Shown piece by piece: positions 29,396 through 40,748 of a DNA stretch of 64,000 bases. The stretch lies in the NCBI RefSeq assembly GCF_009931435.1, contig NZ_CP043414.1. One strand, given 5' to 3'. The stretch comes from Escherichia coli. GTDB lineage: Bacteria > Pseudomonadota > Gammaproteobacteria > Enterobacterales > Enterobacteriaceae. Both the position numbers and the translations under genes were made by a program. The stretch's first letter is position 1. Every line of letters begins with the position of its first letter. The notes under the pieces are model-generated. The model searched no databases. It saw only the letters and a list, made by a program, of their open reading frames with translations, and had not been told where the DNA came from.

Positions 29396-30181
29396 TTAAT
29401 GACCAACGAAATTAGGTTTACGTTTTTCGAGGAAAGCGTTCATCCCTTCCTGGTAATCTTCGCTGTCATAAACCGCGCGGCGCATCCCCTGAATACGTTC
29501 AAATTCATCGGAGTTCATGGTGTGCGCTTCGCCCAGTACACGCAGTTCTTCTTTGATAACGGCAATGGCTAACGGCGCTTTCTCAGAGATGTGGTGCGCC
29601 ATTTGTAAGGTGAAATCTTCCAGTTCTTCCACTTCCACAACATGGTTGAGGATGCCGACAGCCAGCGCGCGCTGGGCTGTGATTGGCGAAGCGGTAAAAA
29701 TCAGCTCTTTGACAATGTGGAAGCCCGCGTCGCGGGTCAGGTTGTGAATGCCGACCAGGTTATACGGGACGCCGAGGTTTACAGGCGTCATTGAGAAGGT
29801 TGAGGTACTGGCGGCGATGATCAGATCGGAACTCATGATCATTTCAAATGCGCCCCCCCAAACACTACCTTCCACCATCGAAATGATCGGTTTCGGGAAT
29901 TTTTGGATCATGCGGGTGATTTGACGCAACGGATCATCATAGGAGAGCGGATCGCGACCGCCAGACGGCAGTTCGTGAATATCGTGACCTGCGGAGAAGA
30001 CTTTGGATCCACTCGGCGCGCGCAAAATGATACAGCGAATTTCCGGCCGGTTGAGATCGCTTAATGCCTGCATAAGATCATCAATAAAGACTTTACTTAA
30101 GGCATTAAGTTTTCGGCCATAGTTAAACTCAATGACCGCCACTTTGTTGATAGTGACAACGTTCACATACTGATAAGACAT
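29396..30181 (-). CDS. scpB: methylmalonyl-CoA decarboxylase (crotonase fold)
   Basis: 261 aa from ATG 30181 (MSYQYVNVVTINKVAVIEFNYG). Confidence 0.93.
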   Translation of the reverse strand: MSYQYVNVVTINKVAVIEFNYGRKLNALSKVFIDDLMQALSDLNRPEIRCIILRAPSGSKVFSAGHDIHELPSGGRDPLSYDDPLRQITRMIQKFPKPIISMVEGSVWGGAFEMIMSSDLIIAASTSTFSMTPVNLGVPYNLVGIHNLTRDAGFHIVKELIFTASPITAQRALAVGILNHVVEVEELEDFTLQMAHHISEKAPLAIAVIKEELRVLGEAHTMNSDEFERIQGMRRAVYDSEDYQEGMNAFLEKRKPNFVGH

Positions 30182-30191
30182 AAAAATTCCT

Positions 30192-31187
30192 TTAATCAAA
30201 ATATTGCGTCTGGATAAATTCACTGAGCTGTCGCAGGCCGGTGCGCGGTGAGAGCGTATTGTTTTTGACCGCTAAAAGCGTCTGGCGGTAATAGCGATCG
30301 AAATCTTCATTCGCGAACAGGTGATTCAGTACTTCTTCTTCGGTTTGTTTACGCAGCCATTCCACCGATTGTTGTTGCCGCACTTGCTGTAAACGACCAC
30401 TGGCAGTTAGCGCGGTTTTGAAGTCGATGATGGCGTGCCAGATCTCATCGATTCCACGTTTTTCCAGTGCGCTACAAGTCAGAACTCGTGGCTGCCATTC
30501 GTCGTATTTACGTCGCAGAATATGCAGGGCACTCTCGTACATATGCCGGGCAATGGCGACATTGGTATGGTTATCGCCATCGTCTTTGTTGATAACGATC
30601 AGATCTGCCACTTCCATCAGCCCCTTTTTAATCCCCTGCAGATCATCGCCGCCACCGGCAATTTGCAACGAGATAAAACAGTCCACCATGCGGGCGACTT
30701 CCGTTTCCGACTGTCCGACGCCAACCGTTTCGACAATCACTACGTCATAACCCGCCGCTTCGCATAACAGCATTAATTCCCGCGCTCGCTGACTGGCACC
30801 GCCCAGATGGCCGGAGGATGGTACCGGGCGAATAAACGCCGCCTCGGCACGCGCCAGGTCATTCATGCGGGTTTTATCTCCGAGAATGCTACCGCCAGTG
30901 ACCGGGCTGCTGGGATCGACCGCAATAACTGCAACCTTTAATCCCTCACGAATCAACAACATGCCAAAGGCTTCAAGAAAGGTGCTTTTCCCCGCACCGG
31001 GTGTGCCAGTAACGCCCAGTCGCAGGGCGTTACCGCAGTACGGCATAATGGCATCAAGTAGTTGCGTACTTAGCGCCTGATGACGCGGGTGACGGCTTTC
31101 CACCAGCGTCATGGCCTGGGCGAGCGTGGCACGCTCACCCTGACGTAAGCGGCGAATACTTTCTGCCAGCGTGGCTTCATTAATCAT
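30192..31187 (-). CDS. argK: MeaB/ArgK-type G3E GTPase, mutase chaperone
   Basis: 331 aa with P-loop GTPGAGKST. It overlaps scpA by 8 nt. Confidence 0.93.
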   Translation of the reverse strand: MINEATLAESIRRLRQGERATLAQAMTLVESRHPRHQALSTQLLDAIMPYCGNALRLGVTGTPGAGKSTFLEAFGMLLIREGLKVAVIAVDPSSPVTGGSILGDKTRMNDLARAEAAFIRPVPSSGHLGGASQRARELMLLCEAAGYDVVIVETVGVGQSETEVARMVDCFISLQIAGGGDDLQGIKKGLMEVADLIVINKDDGDNHTNVAIARHMYESALHILRRKYDEWQPRVLTCSALEKRGIDEIWHAIIDFKTALTASGRLQQVRQQQSVEWLRKQTEEEVLNHLFANEDFDRYYRQTLLAVKNNTLSPRTGLRQLSEFIQTQYFD

Positions 31188-33324
31188 GATGCTGGCTTAT
31201 CAGATTCAGTACGTCGCGCACGCTGTCGAGCATAGGCGTACCTGGACCATAAATCGCCGCCACGCCGCGCTCCTGCAGGAAGGCGTAATCCTGCGGCGGA
31301 ATGACGCCACCCGCGACCACGCAGATATCTTCGCGTCCCCATTTTTTCAGCGCTTCGACCAGTTCCGGGATCAGCGTTTTATGACCGGCAGCCAGTGAAG
31401 ATGCGCCCACTACGTGAACGTCGTTTTCTACTGCCAGGCGAGCGATCTCTTCAGGTGTAGAGAACATCGGGCTTAAATCTACGTCGAAACCGAGATCGGA
31501 ATAGGCGCTGGCGATCACTTTCGCGCCGCGATCGTGCCCATCCTGGCCCATTTTGGCGATCAGAATGCGCGGGCGACGACCATTGTCGGCAAGGAACTGC
31601 TCCGTTTGCGCAACAATAGCATCGAACTCGGAGGCCGATTTCTCAGACTGATGATAGCTTTGCGCAATCACGCCGGTAACACACTGGCTTGGCACCAGAT
31701 AACGGTCGAAAGCGGCTTCCAGCGCATCGGAAATTTCACCCAGGGTGGCGCGAACGCGAGCGGCATTAACAGCGGCAGCCAGCAGGTTTTCGTTATGCTG
31801 TGCGGCGTGAGTCAGGGCGTTCAACGCGGCGGTTACGGCGGCATCATCACGGGTGGCGCGAATGCGTTCCAGCGAAGCAATTTGCTCGTTACGCACCATC
31901 ACGTTGTCGATCTCAAGTACATCGGTTTCGTCTTCGTGATCCAGTTTGTACTTGTTGACACCAACGATGACACGCTTGCCCTGGTCGATCAACGACTGTT
32001 CGCGCGCGGAGGCCTCTTCGATCATTCGTTTTGGCAGACCTGCTTCGATCGCTTTCGCCATGCCACCGGCTTCGTCGATCTGTTGGGTAATGGCTCTGGC
32101 TTGTTTGACGATTTGATCGGTCAGCGATTCAACGTAATAGGATCCGGCCAGTGGATCGACGGTGCGGCAGAGTTCTGATTCTTCCTGAATGATGATCTGG
32201 GTATTGCGGGCAATGCGTGCTGAGAAATCGGTAGGCAAACCAAGCGCTTCATCAAAGGCGTTGGTATGCAGTGACTGAGTACCGCCCAGCGTTGCAGCCA
32301 GTGCTTCAATGGTGGTGCGGATAACGTTGTTATACGGATCCTGTTCAGTCAGGCTCCAGCCTGAGGTCTGGCAGTGGGTACGCAGCGCCAGTGATTTCGG
32401 ATCCTGTGCGCCAAATCCACTGACCGCTTCGCTCCATAAATAACGTGCCGCACGCAACATGGCGACGTTCATAAACAGATCCATGCCAATACCGAAGAAA
32501 AACGACAGGCGAGGAGCGAAGTCATCAATTTTCAGCCCAGCGGAGATTGCTGCTTTGATGTACTCAATCCCATCAGCGAGCGTAAATGCTACCTGCTGCA
32601 CGCAGTTGGCACCCGCTTCACCCATATGGTAACCGCTGATACTGATGGTATTAAATCGCGGCATGTTGCCGGAACACCAGGCGATGATGTCTGCGATAAT
32701 ACGCATTGACGGTTTTGGCGGGTAAATATAGGTGTTGCGGCAAAGATACTCTTTGAGGATATCGTTTTGAATGGTGCCGGTCAGTTTATCGGGTGTAACA
32801 CCTTGCTCTTCTGCGGCGACAATATAAAACGCCAGTACTGGTAGTACTGCGCCATTCATGGTCATCGAAACCGACATTTTATCCAGCGGGATCTGGTCGA
32901 ACAGGACTTTCATATCTTCCACGGTGTCGATAGCAACGCCCGCTTTGCCGACGTCGCCCGCCACGCGCGGGTTATCGGAGTCGTAGCCACGGTGGGTGGC
33001 AAGGTCAAACGCAACGGAAAGACCTTTTTGCCCGGCGGCCAGGTTACGGCGATAAAAAGCGTTGGACTCTTTTGCTGTTGAAAATCCAGCATACTGACGG
33101 ATGGTCCACGGTTGGGCGGTATACATAGTGGCACGCGGGCCACGAACGTAGGGCGGCAAACCAGGAAGGGTACCTGTCACTTCCAGATTATCGAGATCGG
33201 CTTCAGTATACAGCGGCTTGATGGCGATCCCTTCTGCGGTTTGTTGAACCAGCGAGTCGACAGTTTTCTCCCGACGACTCAATTCCTTGTTGGCAATCTG
33301 TTGCCACTCCTGCACGTTAGACAT
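31180..33324 (-). CDS. scpA: B12-dependent methylmalonyl-CoA mutase (Sbm)
   Basis: 714 aa from ATG 33324 (MSNVQEWQQ...), with the B12-binding DGHDRGA motif near the C-terminus. Confidence 0.95.
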   Translation of the reverse strand: MSNVQEWQQIANKELSRREKTVDSLVQQTAEGIAIKPLYTEADLDNLEVTGTLPGLPPYVRGPRATMYTAQPWTIRQYAGFSTAKESNAFYRRNLAAGQKGLSVAFDLATHRGYDSDNPRVAGDVGKAGVAIDTVEDMKVLFDQIPLDKMSVSMTMNGAVLPVLAFYIVAAEEQGVTPDKLTGTIQNDILKEYLCRNTYIYPPKPSMRIIADIIAWCSGNMPRFNTISISGYHMGEAGANCVQQVAFTLADGIEYIKAAISAGLKIDDFAPRLSFFFGIGMDLFMNVAMLRAARYLWSEAVSGFGAQDPKSLALRTHCQTSGWSLTEQDPYNNVIRTTIEALAATLGGTQSLHTNAFDEALGLPTDFSARIARNTQIIIQEESELCRTVDPLAGSYYVESLTDQIVKQARAITQQIDEAGGMAKAIEAGLPKRMIEEASAREQSLIDQGKRVIVGVNKYKLDHEDETDVLEIDNVMVRNEQIASLERIRATRDDAAVTAALNALTHAAQHNENLLAAAVNAARVRATLGEISDALEAAFDRYLVPSQCVTGVIAQSYHQSEKSASEFDAIVAQTEQFLADNGRRPRILIAKMGQDGHDRGAKVIASAYSDLGFDVDLSPMFSTPEEIARLAVENDVHVVGASSLAAGHKTLIPELVEALKKWGREDICVVAGGVIPPQDYAFLQERGVAAIYGPGTPMLDSVRDVLNLISQHHD

Positions 33325-33491
33325 TATTTGCTCCATAAAACGCAATCAAAATGAGGGTATTTGCGCTTACGGTGAGCTTTTTACGTGGGTTTGTCGCCAG
33401 CAAAAAAAATGCATTCAGACGTCGTTTTTTGCCGCCTGAGATTTGTCTATTTTGTGATGTGATTCAAGGAATACAAAAAGAACTGGAGGTG

Positions 33492-33516
33492 ATGCCTGGT
33501 ATGTATTACCAGGCAT
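33492..33516. terminator. hairpin just downstream of the argP stop
   Basis: ATGCCTGGTA-tgtat-TACCAGGCAT forms a perfect 10-bp stem 12 nt beyond the argP stop. Confidence 0.6.
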
Positions 33517-33527
33517 TATTTGATGGA

Positions 33528-34421
33528 TTATTCCTGACGAAGAACTTTGTGACCATAATCGAGCAACGCATCAGTGACTTTACGCATCATGCGGCTTTCA
33601 GGAGCAAAGCGGTGCCAGTAGAGCATCCGGCGTTGAAATAGCCCTGGCGTTAAGTCAATCAGTTCGCCGCTGGCCAGTTCTTTCTCGATTTGCAGATGTG
33701 GGATCATACAGCAGGTGGTCCCCTGACGAGCAAGTTGCACGAACGCTTCTGAAGAATTAACGATATGGCAGGGTACGCTGCCTGGAGGCAGATCAAAGTT
33801 TTGCTGCAAAAAGGCCTGGTGCATATCATCAAGATGGTCAAACGCGACCACTGGCGCTTTCAGTAATGCCGAACGCGTTACGCCGTTAGGGAAATATTTT
33901 TCGGCAAACGGTTTTGAGCTGACGAACAGATAGTCAAGCGCACCGAGCTTATCGACAAGACAACTCGGCAGCGCCTGATGTTGAATACTCACCGCGCCGA
34001 CCACTTCGCCGCGGCGCAGACGTTCCTGAGTGCGGGTTTCATCTTCTACCTGCAAGTTGAGGCGGATAGGCGAATCAGCTAACACAGGAGCCAGCGCCGG
34101 AAGCAACCACGTCGCCAGACTGTCAGCGTTGACCGCCAGTGAAAGCAGCAGCGGAGTTGAACCGGTTTGTTCATCGCCCAGCCACTCTTCTTCCAGTAAC
34201 TCCACCTGGCGTAGCAGTGCCAGCAGTTTTTGCCCTTGTTCCGTCGGGCGCGGCGGTACGGTACGCACCAACAGCGGCTGCCCGAACATATTTTCCAGTT
34301 GCTTAATGCGCTGTGAGACGGCTGATTGTGTAATGCACAGCTTTTGTGCCGCGCGCTCAAATCCTCGTTCACGTATCACCGCATCCAGTGCCTGTAATGT
34401 TCTGTAGTCCGGGCGTTTCAT
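33528..34421 (-). CDS. argP: LysR-family regulator ArgP (IciA)
   Basis: 297 aa from ATG 34421 ([28 protein letters not shown]). Confidence 0.96.
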   Translation of the reverse strand: MKRPDYRTLQALDAVIRERGFERAAQKLCITQSAVSQRIKQLENMFGQPLLVRTVPPRPTEQGQKLLALLRQVELLEEEWLGDEQTGSTPLLLSLAVNADSLATWLLPALAPVLADSPIRLNLQVEDETRTQERLRRGEVVGAVSIQHQALPSCLVDKLGALDYLFVSSKPFAEKYFPNGVTRSALLKAPVVAFDHLDDMHQAFLQQNFDLPPGSVPCHIVNSSEAFVQLARQGTTCCMIPHLQIEKELASGELIDLTPGLFQRRMLYWHRFAPESRMMRKVTDALLDYGHKVLRQE

Positions 34422-34512
34422 TGCTGTTGTCTGCTCCTGGTAAATGCTTTTTCCTGCACTATGACACAATTTTGCGTCAGGTTGCATATACCGAAGCCGT
34501 CGGCGGGTACAT

Positions 34513-34747
34513 TTGTATCAGTGGTTAAACACGCAGCTTAAAAGATCAGGGATTTGCGCTATTGCATTTCGCTCAGCGAGTTCGCGCCCTGGTTATGTTG
34601 AATGGCGTGGCGTTATTGCCTCTGTTCGCACCGTGGAGCGGCATACCCAGACCGTTGTATGCTTTATTTGCCGGGCGAAAGGGGATGCCCGCCATTGCGC
34701 GATATTTTATGGATGAGTTAACCACGCGGCTTGCCAACGGGGTCTGA
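34513..34747 (+). pseudogene. yqfE: remnant of a LysR-type regulator C-terminus (yqfE-like)
   Basis: Short ORFs only. The 34562-34747 translation (..RPLYALFAGRKGMPAIARYFMDELTTRL) resembles the C-terminal end of LysR-type regulators, and there is no N-terminal HTH part. Confidence 0.5.
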
Positions 34748-34762
34748 ATCGCTTTTTTTGTA

Positions 34763-34888
34763 TATACTCGTCATACTTCAAGTTGCATGTGCTGCGTCTG
34801 CGTTCGCTCACCCCAGTCACTTACTTCTGTAAGCTCCTGGGGATTCACTCTCTTGTCGCCTTCCTGCAACTCGAATTATTTAGAGTAT
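34763..34888. repeat. ERIC/IRU element (126 bp) upstream of rpiA
   Basis: It contains GTAAGCTCCTGGGGATTCAC and, in reverse complement, AAGTAAGTGACTGGGGTGAGCG. It is in inverted orientation relative to 22777-22902. Confidence 0.92.
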
Positions 34889-34925
34889 AATGCGTGTGAA
34901 ATTTCATACCACAGGCGAAACGATC

Positions 34926-35585
34926 ATGACGCAGGATGAATTGAAAAAAGCAGTAGGATGGGCGGCACTTCAGTATGTTCAGCCCGGCACCATTGTTGGT
35001 GTAGGTACAGGTTCCACCGCCGCACACTTTATTGATGCGCTCGGCACGATGAAAGGCCAGATTGAAGGGGCTGTTTCCAGTTCAGATGCTTCCACAGAAA
35101 AACTGAAAAGCCTGGGCATTCACGTTTTTGATCTCAACGAAGTCGACAGCCTTGGCATCTACGTCGACGGTGCAGATGAAATCAACGGCCACATGCAGAT
35201 GATCAAAGGCGGCGGCGCGGCGCTGACCCGTGAAAAAATCATTGCTTCGGTTGCGGAAAAATTTATCTGTATTGCAGACGCTTCTAAGCAGGTTGATATT
35301 CTGGGCAAATTCCCGCTGCCAGTAGAAGTTATCCCGATGGCACGTAGTGCAGTGGCGCGCCAGCTGGTGAAACTGGGCGGTCGTCCGGAATACCGCCAGG
35401 GCGTGGTGACCGATAACGGCAACGTGATCCTCGACGTCCACGGCATGGAAATCCTTGACCCGATAGCGATGGAAAACGCCATAAATGCGATTCCAGGCGT
35501 GGTGACTGTTGGTCTGTTTGCTAACCGTGGCGCGGACGTTGCGCTGATTGGCACACCTGACGGTGTCAAAACCATTGTGAAATGA
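34926..35585 (+). CDS. rpiA: ribose-5-phosphate isomerase A
   Basis: 219 aa from ATG 34926 ([18 protein letters not shown]). Confidence 0.96.
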
Positions 35586-35840
35586 TCTGACGGGGGAACC
35601 TCCCCCGTTAAAAAAATTCTCTTCATTAAATTTGGTGACATGTGTCACGTTTTTACCTGGCTATTGTCGATTGCTCTAAATAAATCCTCTGAACCAGCAT
35701 ATTCATCCAAGAAATACCTTTGCGTGATATTTCCTCAACATCGCGACGCAAACGTTCATATTGCCGCAATATTATTTTTTGATATGTTGAAAGGCGGATG
35801 CAAATCCGCACACAACATTTCAAAAGACAGGATTGGGTAA

Positions 35841-37073
35841 ATGGCAAAGGTATCGCTGGAGAAAGACAAGATTAAGTTTCTGCTGGTAGAAGGCGTGCAC
35901 CAAAAGGCGCTTGAAAGCCTTCGTGCAGCGGGTTACACCAACATCGAATTTCACAAAGGCGCGCTGGATGATGAACAATTAAAAGAATCCATCCGCGATG
36001 CCCACTTCATCGGCCTGCGATCCCGTACCCATCTGACTGAAGACGTGATCAACGCCGCAGAAAAACTGGTCGCTATTGGCTGTTTCTGTATCGGAACAAA
36101 CCAGGTTGATCTGGATGCAGCTGCAAAACGCGGGATCCCGGTATTTAACGCACCGTTCTCCAATACGCGCTCTGTTGCGGAGTTGGTAATTGGCGAACTT
36201 CTCCTGCTATTGCGCGGCGTACCGGAAGCCAACGCTAAAGCACACCGTGGTGTCTGGAACAAGCTGGCAGCTGGCTCTTTTGAAGCGCGCGGCAAAAAGC
36301 TGGGTATCATCGGCTATGGTCATATTGGTACACAGTTGGGCATTCTGGCTGAATCGCTGGGAATGTATGTTTACTTTTATGATATTGAAAACAAACTACC
36401 GCTGGGCAACGCCACTCAGGTACAGCATCTTTCTGATCTGCTGAATATGAGCGATGTGGTGAGTTTGCATGTGCCAGAGAATCCGTCTACCAAAAATATG
36501 ATGGGCGCGAAAGAGATTTCACTAATGAAGCCCGGCTCGTTGCTGATTAATGCCTCGCGCGGAACGGTGGTGGATATTCCGGCGCTGTGTGACGCGCTGG
36601 CGAGCAAACACCTGGCAGGTGCGGCAATCGATGTCTTCCCGACGGAACCGGCGACCAACAGCGATCCATTTACCTCTCCGCTGTGTGAATTCGACAACGT
36701 CCTTCTGACGCCACATATTGGCGGTTCGACTCAGGAAGCGCAGGAGAATATCGGCCTGGAAGTTGCGGGTAAATTGATCAAGTATTCTGACAATGGCTCA
36801 ACGCTCTCTGCAGTGAACTTCCCGGAAGTCTCGCTGCCACTGCATGGTGGGCGTCGTCTGATGCACATCCACGAAAACCGTCCGGGCGTGCTGACTGCGC
36901 TGAACAAAATCTTTGCCGAGCAGGGCGTTAACATCGCTGCACAGTATCTGCAAACCTCAGCGCAGATGGGTTATGTGGTTATTGATATTGAAGCTGACGA
37001 AGACGTTGCCGAAAAAGCGCTGCAGGCAATGAAAGCTATTCCGGGCACCATTCGCGCCCGTCTGCTGTACTAA
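35841..37073 (+). CDS. serA: D-3-phosphoglycerate dehydrogenase
   Basis: 410 aa (MAKVSLEKDKIKFLLVEGVHQKALESL). Confidence 0.97.
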   Translation: MAKVSLEKDKIKFLLVEGVHQKALESLRAAGYTNIEFHKGALDDEQLKESIRDAHFIGLRSRTHLTEDVINAAEKLVAIGCFCIGTNQVDLDAAAKRGIPVFNAPFSNTRSVAELVIGELLLLLRGVPEANAKAHRGVWNKLAAGSFEARGKKLGIIGYGHIGTQLGILAESLGMYVYFYDIENKLPLGNATQVQHLSDLLNMSDVVSLHVPENPSTKNMMGAKEISLMKPGSLLINASRGTVVDIPALCDALASKHLAGAAIDVFPTEPATNSDPFTSPLCEFDNVLLTPHIGGSTQEAQENIGLEVAGKLIKYSDNGSTLSAVNFPEVSLPLHGGRRLMHIHENRPGVLTALNKIFAEQGVNIAAQYLQTSAQMGYVVIDIEADEDVAEKALQAMKAIPGTIRARLLY

Positions 37074-37092
37074 TTCCCCTTCTCTGAAAATT

Positions 37093-37124
37093 AACGGGCA
37101 GGTCACTGACTTGCCCGTTTTTTT
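37093..37124 (+). terminator. serA rho-independent terminator
   Basis: AACGGGCA-ggtcactgact-TGCCCGTT is followed by a T-tract. Confidence 0.85.
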
Positions 37125-37267
37125 ATCCCTTTTCCCGCGCATGTCACTGCCATTTGTAGTGCGCTGCAATTGCCTTTGCGAGTCTGCTCGAAGAAATAAA
37201 TCAAAGCCAGATCAATGCGTTGTGCTTATTTAAAGAGAGTTTACGATGGCAGGGCAGCATGGGGCTG

Positions 37268-37413
37268 TAACGGTAAAGCCCTCACCGAAGCGAGGGCTTG
37301 AAGGAGAAGGGTTATGATGCGACTTGCCATCATACTGATTGTACTGTTACTCATAAGTTTGCCAGCTTATTAACAGTCAGTCACAGGGGAGGAGTCATCC
37401 TCCCTTACCCTTA
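37268..37413 (-). ncRNA. sibC: SibC antisense RNA (antitoxin of ibsC); ends approximate
   Basis: The minus strand has TTGACA (37448-37443), a 17-nt spacer and TAATTT (37425-37420). The hairpin AAGCCCTC-GCTTCGGT-GAGGGCTT at about 37300-37275 would end a transcript of about 140 nt fully antisense to ibsC. Confidence 0.65.
37314..37373 (+). CDS. ibsC: Ibs-family type I toxin (19-aa hydrophobic peptide)
   Basis: ATGATGCGACTTGCC...TATTAA translates as MMRLAIILIVLLLISLPAY, with RBS AAGGAG 8 nt upstream. It sits in the serA-ygfA spacer, where K-12 carries ibsC/SibC. It is too short for the ORF track. Confidence 0.85.
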   Translation: MMRLAIILIVLLLISLPAY

Positions 37414-37473
37414 CTCACTAAATTAGGTTAAAGAATCAACGATGTCAATCAGGGCGATGCAGGTGTGTCGCCC

Positions 37474-38022
37474 TTACCACTCCCAGACTTTCGACGGTGT
37501 AACCACCGCAGGAAGTGGGATATCCCACTCTTCAACGGGGAGTTTTTCCACCAACTGACAATCATGCGCATAACCCACCGGTTGCATTTGATAGCGCTGC
37601 CAGTTCTGTAAGGTCCGATCATAAAAACCACCGCCCATTCCCAGGCGCTGACCGTACTCATCAAAGGCGACCAGCGGTGTGATCAACACGTCTAATCGGG
37701 AAAGGGGTAGCACGTCACGCACATCCAGTTTTGGCTCATGGATCTTCAACCTGTTCATCACCAGTTCGCTTTGCGGATGGTAATTCAGGAACAGCAAATT
37801 ACCGGCACTAAAGGGATGCAAAACTGGAAGATATACGCGCTTACCGGCGCGCCAGAGTTGTTCTATGAGTGGCTGGGTGTCGAGTTCGCCATCAAAAGAG
37901 AGGAATACAGCGACCGTATGTGCCATCACCACCGGGGGATACGTCATCATCCGGGTAGCGGCTTGTTGACCCATTTCCTGCTGTTGTTCCGGCGTTAACG
38001 CACGACGACGTTGCCGAATCAT
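37474..38022 (-). CDS. ygfA: 5-formyltetrahydrofolate cyclo-ligase
   Basis: 182 aa from ATG 38022 (MIRQRRRALTPEQQQ). An alternative ATG at 38076 would lie only about 20 nt from the 6S RNA 3' end. The ORF-track start at 38220 lies inside ssrS. Confidence 0.85.
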   Translation of the reverse strand: MIRQRRRALTPEQQQEMGQQAATRMMTYPPVVMAHTVAVFLSFDGELDTQPLIEQLWRAGKRVYLPVLHPFSAGNLLFLNYHPQSELVMNRLKIHEPKLDVRDVLPLSRLDVLITPLVAFDEYGQRLGMGGGFYDRTLQNWQRYQMQPVGYAHDCQLVEKLPVEEWDIPLPAVVTPSKVWEW

Positions 38023-38095
38023 TTTGCGGATTTCTTGTCGGGATAATGTCAGTGGGAGTTCTGGTAGTTGCGTCATGGCTGGTGCCAGATAAGAA

Positions 38096-38280
38096 GGGAA
38101 TCTCCGAGATGCCGCCGCAGGCTGTAACCCTTGAACCCTTGGTTCAAGGTGAATGTGTCGTCGCAGTTTTAAGGCTTCTCGGACGGACCGAGCATGCTCA
38201 CCAACCGCGGAGCGCCACATTCTTGTGGTATGAAATATCGGCTCAGGGGACTGGCCCGCTTGCGAACATCTCAGAGAAAT
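38096..38280 (-). ncRNA. ssrS: 6S RNA
   Basis: The reverse complement reads ATTTCTCTGAGATGTTCGCAAGCGGGCCAGTCCCCTGAGCC...GGCATCTCGGAGATTCCC, which I recognise as E. coli 6S RNA. It lies between zapA and ygfA as expected. Confidence 0.93.
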
Positions 38281-38321
38281 TTTGTCTTCACGGTTACTCT
38301 ACCACAGTAAACCGAAAAGTG

Positions 38322-38717
<396 letters not shown>

Positions 38718-38818
38718 CTATAGCTACCCTGATGAGAAGAGACAAGCCCTTTTCTGGTCCACCAGGGCCCAAAGTGGTAGCATATCATGAATATTCCTCC
38801 CTTTGACGACGAATGCTT

Positions 38819-39397
38819 ATGTCTATACAGAACGAAATGCCTGGTTACAACGAAATGAACCAGTATCTGAACCAACAAGGGACGGGTCTGACCCCTGCTG
38901 AGATGCATGGTTTAATCAGTGGGATGATATGTGGTGGTAACGATGACAGCTCATGGCTGCCGCTGCTTCACGACCTGACGAACGAAGGCATGGCTTTCGG
39001 TCATGAGCTGGCACAGGCATTGCGCAAAATGCACTCTGCTACCAGCGATGCCCTGCAGGATGACGGCTTCCTTTTTCAGCTTTATCTGCCTGATGGCGAT
39101 GATGTCAGCGTTTTCGATCGGGCTGATGCGCTGGCAGGTTGGGTTAATCACTTCCTGCTTGGTCTTGGCGTTACGCAACCGAAGCTGGACAAAGTGACCG
39201 GCGAAACCGGTGAAGCCATCGACGATCTGCGTAACATCGCGCAGCTGGGCTACGACGAAGACGAAGATCAGGAAGAGCTGGAAATGTCGCTTGAAGAGAT
39301 CATCGAGTACGTCCGTGTTGCCGCGCTGTTATGCCACGACACCTTTACTCATCCGCAACCGACCGCGCCAGAAGTACAAAAACCGACTCTACACTAA
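38819..39397 (+). CDS. ygfB: UPF0149 protein YgfB
   Basis: 192 aa from ATG 38819 ([17 protein letters not shown]). The ORF track starts 2 codons earlier. Confidence 0.88.
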
Positions 39398-39422
39398 AAA
39401 CAAAAAACGTAAGGAGAGTGTT

Positions 39423-40748
39423 ATGAGTGAGATATCCCGGCAAGAGTTTCAGCGTCGCCGTCAGGCCCTGGTGGAGCAAATGCAACCCGGCAGCGCCGCG
39501 CTGATTTTTGCTGCACCAGAAGTAACACGTAGCGCCGACAGCGAATACCCCTATCGTCAGAACAGTGACTTCTGGTACTTCACCGGCTTTAACGAACCGG
39601 AAGCGGTGCTGGTGCTGATTAAAAGTGATGACACTCATAACCACAGCGTTCTGTTTAACCGCGTACGCGACCTGACGGCAGAGATCTGGTTTGGTCGCCG
39701 CTTAGGTCAGGATGCTGCACCGGATAAACTGGGCGTTGATCGCGCACTGGCGTTCAGCGAAATCAATCAGCAACTTTATCAACTACTTAATGGTCTGGAT
39801 GTGGTGTACCACGCCCAGGGCGAATATGCATATGCTGATGAAATCGTGAACAGCGCGCTTGAAAAACTGCGTAAAGGTTCGCGACAGAATCTCACCGCCC
39901 CGGCAACGATGATCGACTGGCGTCCCATTGTTCATGAAATGCGCCTGTTCAAATCACCAGAAGAGATTGCCGTACTTCGCCGCGCGGGGGAAATCACCGC
40001 CCTGGCGCATACCCGGGCGATGGAAAAATGCCGTCCGGGAATGTTCGAGTACCACCTGGAAGGCGAAATTCACCACGAATTTAACCGCCACGGTGCGCGC
40101 TATCCTTCCTATAACACCATTGTCGGCAGCGGTGAAAACGGCTGCATTCTGCACTACACCGAAAACGAGAGTGAACTGCGCGACGGTGACCTGGTGTTGA
40201 TTGACGCGGGTTGTGAATACAAAGGTTACGCGGGCGATATTACCCGCACCTTCCCGGTCAACGGCAAATTCACCCAGGCCCAGCGTGAAATCTACGACAT
40301 TGTGCTGGAGTCTCTTGAAACCAGCCTGCGGCTGTATCGTCCGGGAACTTCCATTCAGGAAGTCACTGGTGAAGTGGTGCGCATCATGGTTAGCGGCCTG
40401 GTAAAACTCGGCATCCTGAAAGGTGATGTTGATGAACTGATCGCTCAGAACGCCCATCGTCCTTTCTTTATGCATGGCCTTAGCCACTGGTTAGGTCTGG
40501 ATGTCCATGATGTTGGTATTTATGGTCAGGATCGCTCGCGCATTCTGGAACCGGGCATGGTACTGACCGTAGAGCCGGGGCTGTATATTGCGCCGGATGC
40601 AGAAGTGCCAGAACAATATCGCGGTATCGGCATTCGTATTGAAGACGACATTGTGATTACCGAAACCGGTAACGAAAACCTCACCGCCAGCGTGGTGAAA
40701 AAGCCGGAAGAAATCGAAGCGTTGATGGCAGCTGCGAGAAAGCAATGA
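39423..40748 (+). CDS. pepP: Xaa-Pro aminopeptidase
   Basis: 441 aa from ATG 39423 (MSEISRQEFQRRRQALVEQM). The upstream ORF extension overlaps ygfB and is rejected. Confidence 0.95.
   Translation: MSEISRQEFQRRRQALVEQMQPGSAALIFAAPEVTRSADSEYPYRQNSDFWYFTGFNEPEAVLVLIKSDDTHNHSVLFNRVRDLTAEIWFGRRLGQDAAPDKLGVDRALAFSEINQQLYQLLNGLDVVYHAQGEYAYADEIVNSALEKLRKGSRQNLTAPATMIDWRPIVHEMRLFKSPEEIAVLRRAGEITALAHTRAMEKCRPGMFEYHLEGEIHHEFNRHGARYPSYNTIVGSGENGCILHYTENESELRDGDLVLIDAGCEYKGYAGDITRTFPVNGKFTQAQREIYDIVLESLETSLRLYRPGTSIQEVTGEVVRIMVSGLVKLGILKGDVDELIAQNAHRPFFMHGLSHWLGLDVHDVGIYGQDRSRILEPGMVLTVEPGLYIAPDAEVPEQYRGIGIRIEDDIVITETGNENLTASVVKKPEEIEALMAAARKQ

Noticed and set aside
33351-33641. 96-aa plus-strand ORF spanning the scpA-argP spacer and the argP 3' end. 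A similar 66-aa ORF lies at 35640-35840 in the rpiA-serA spacer.
   Set aside because: Neither has an RBS. One overlaps a real gene in antisense or a terminator hairpin. Both have AT-rich promoter-region composition and no recognisable domains.
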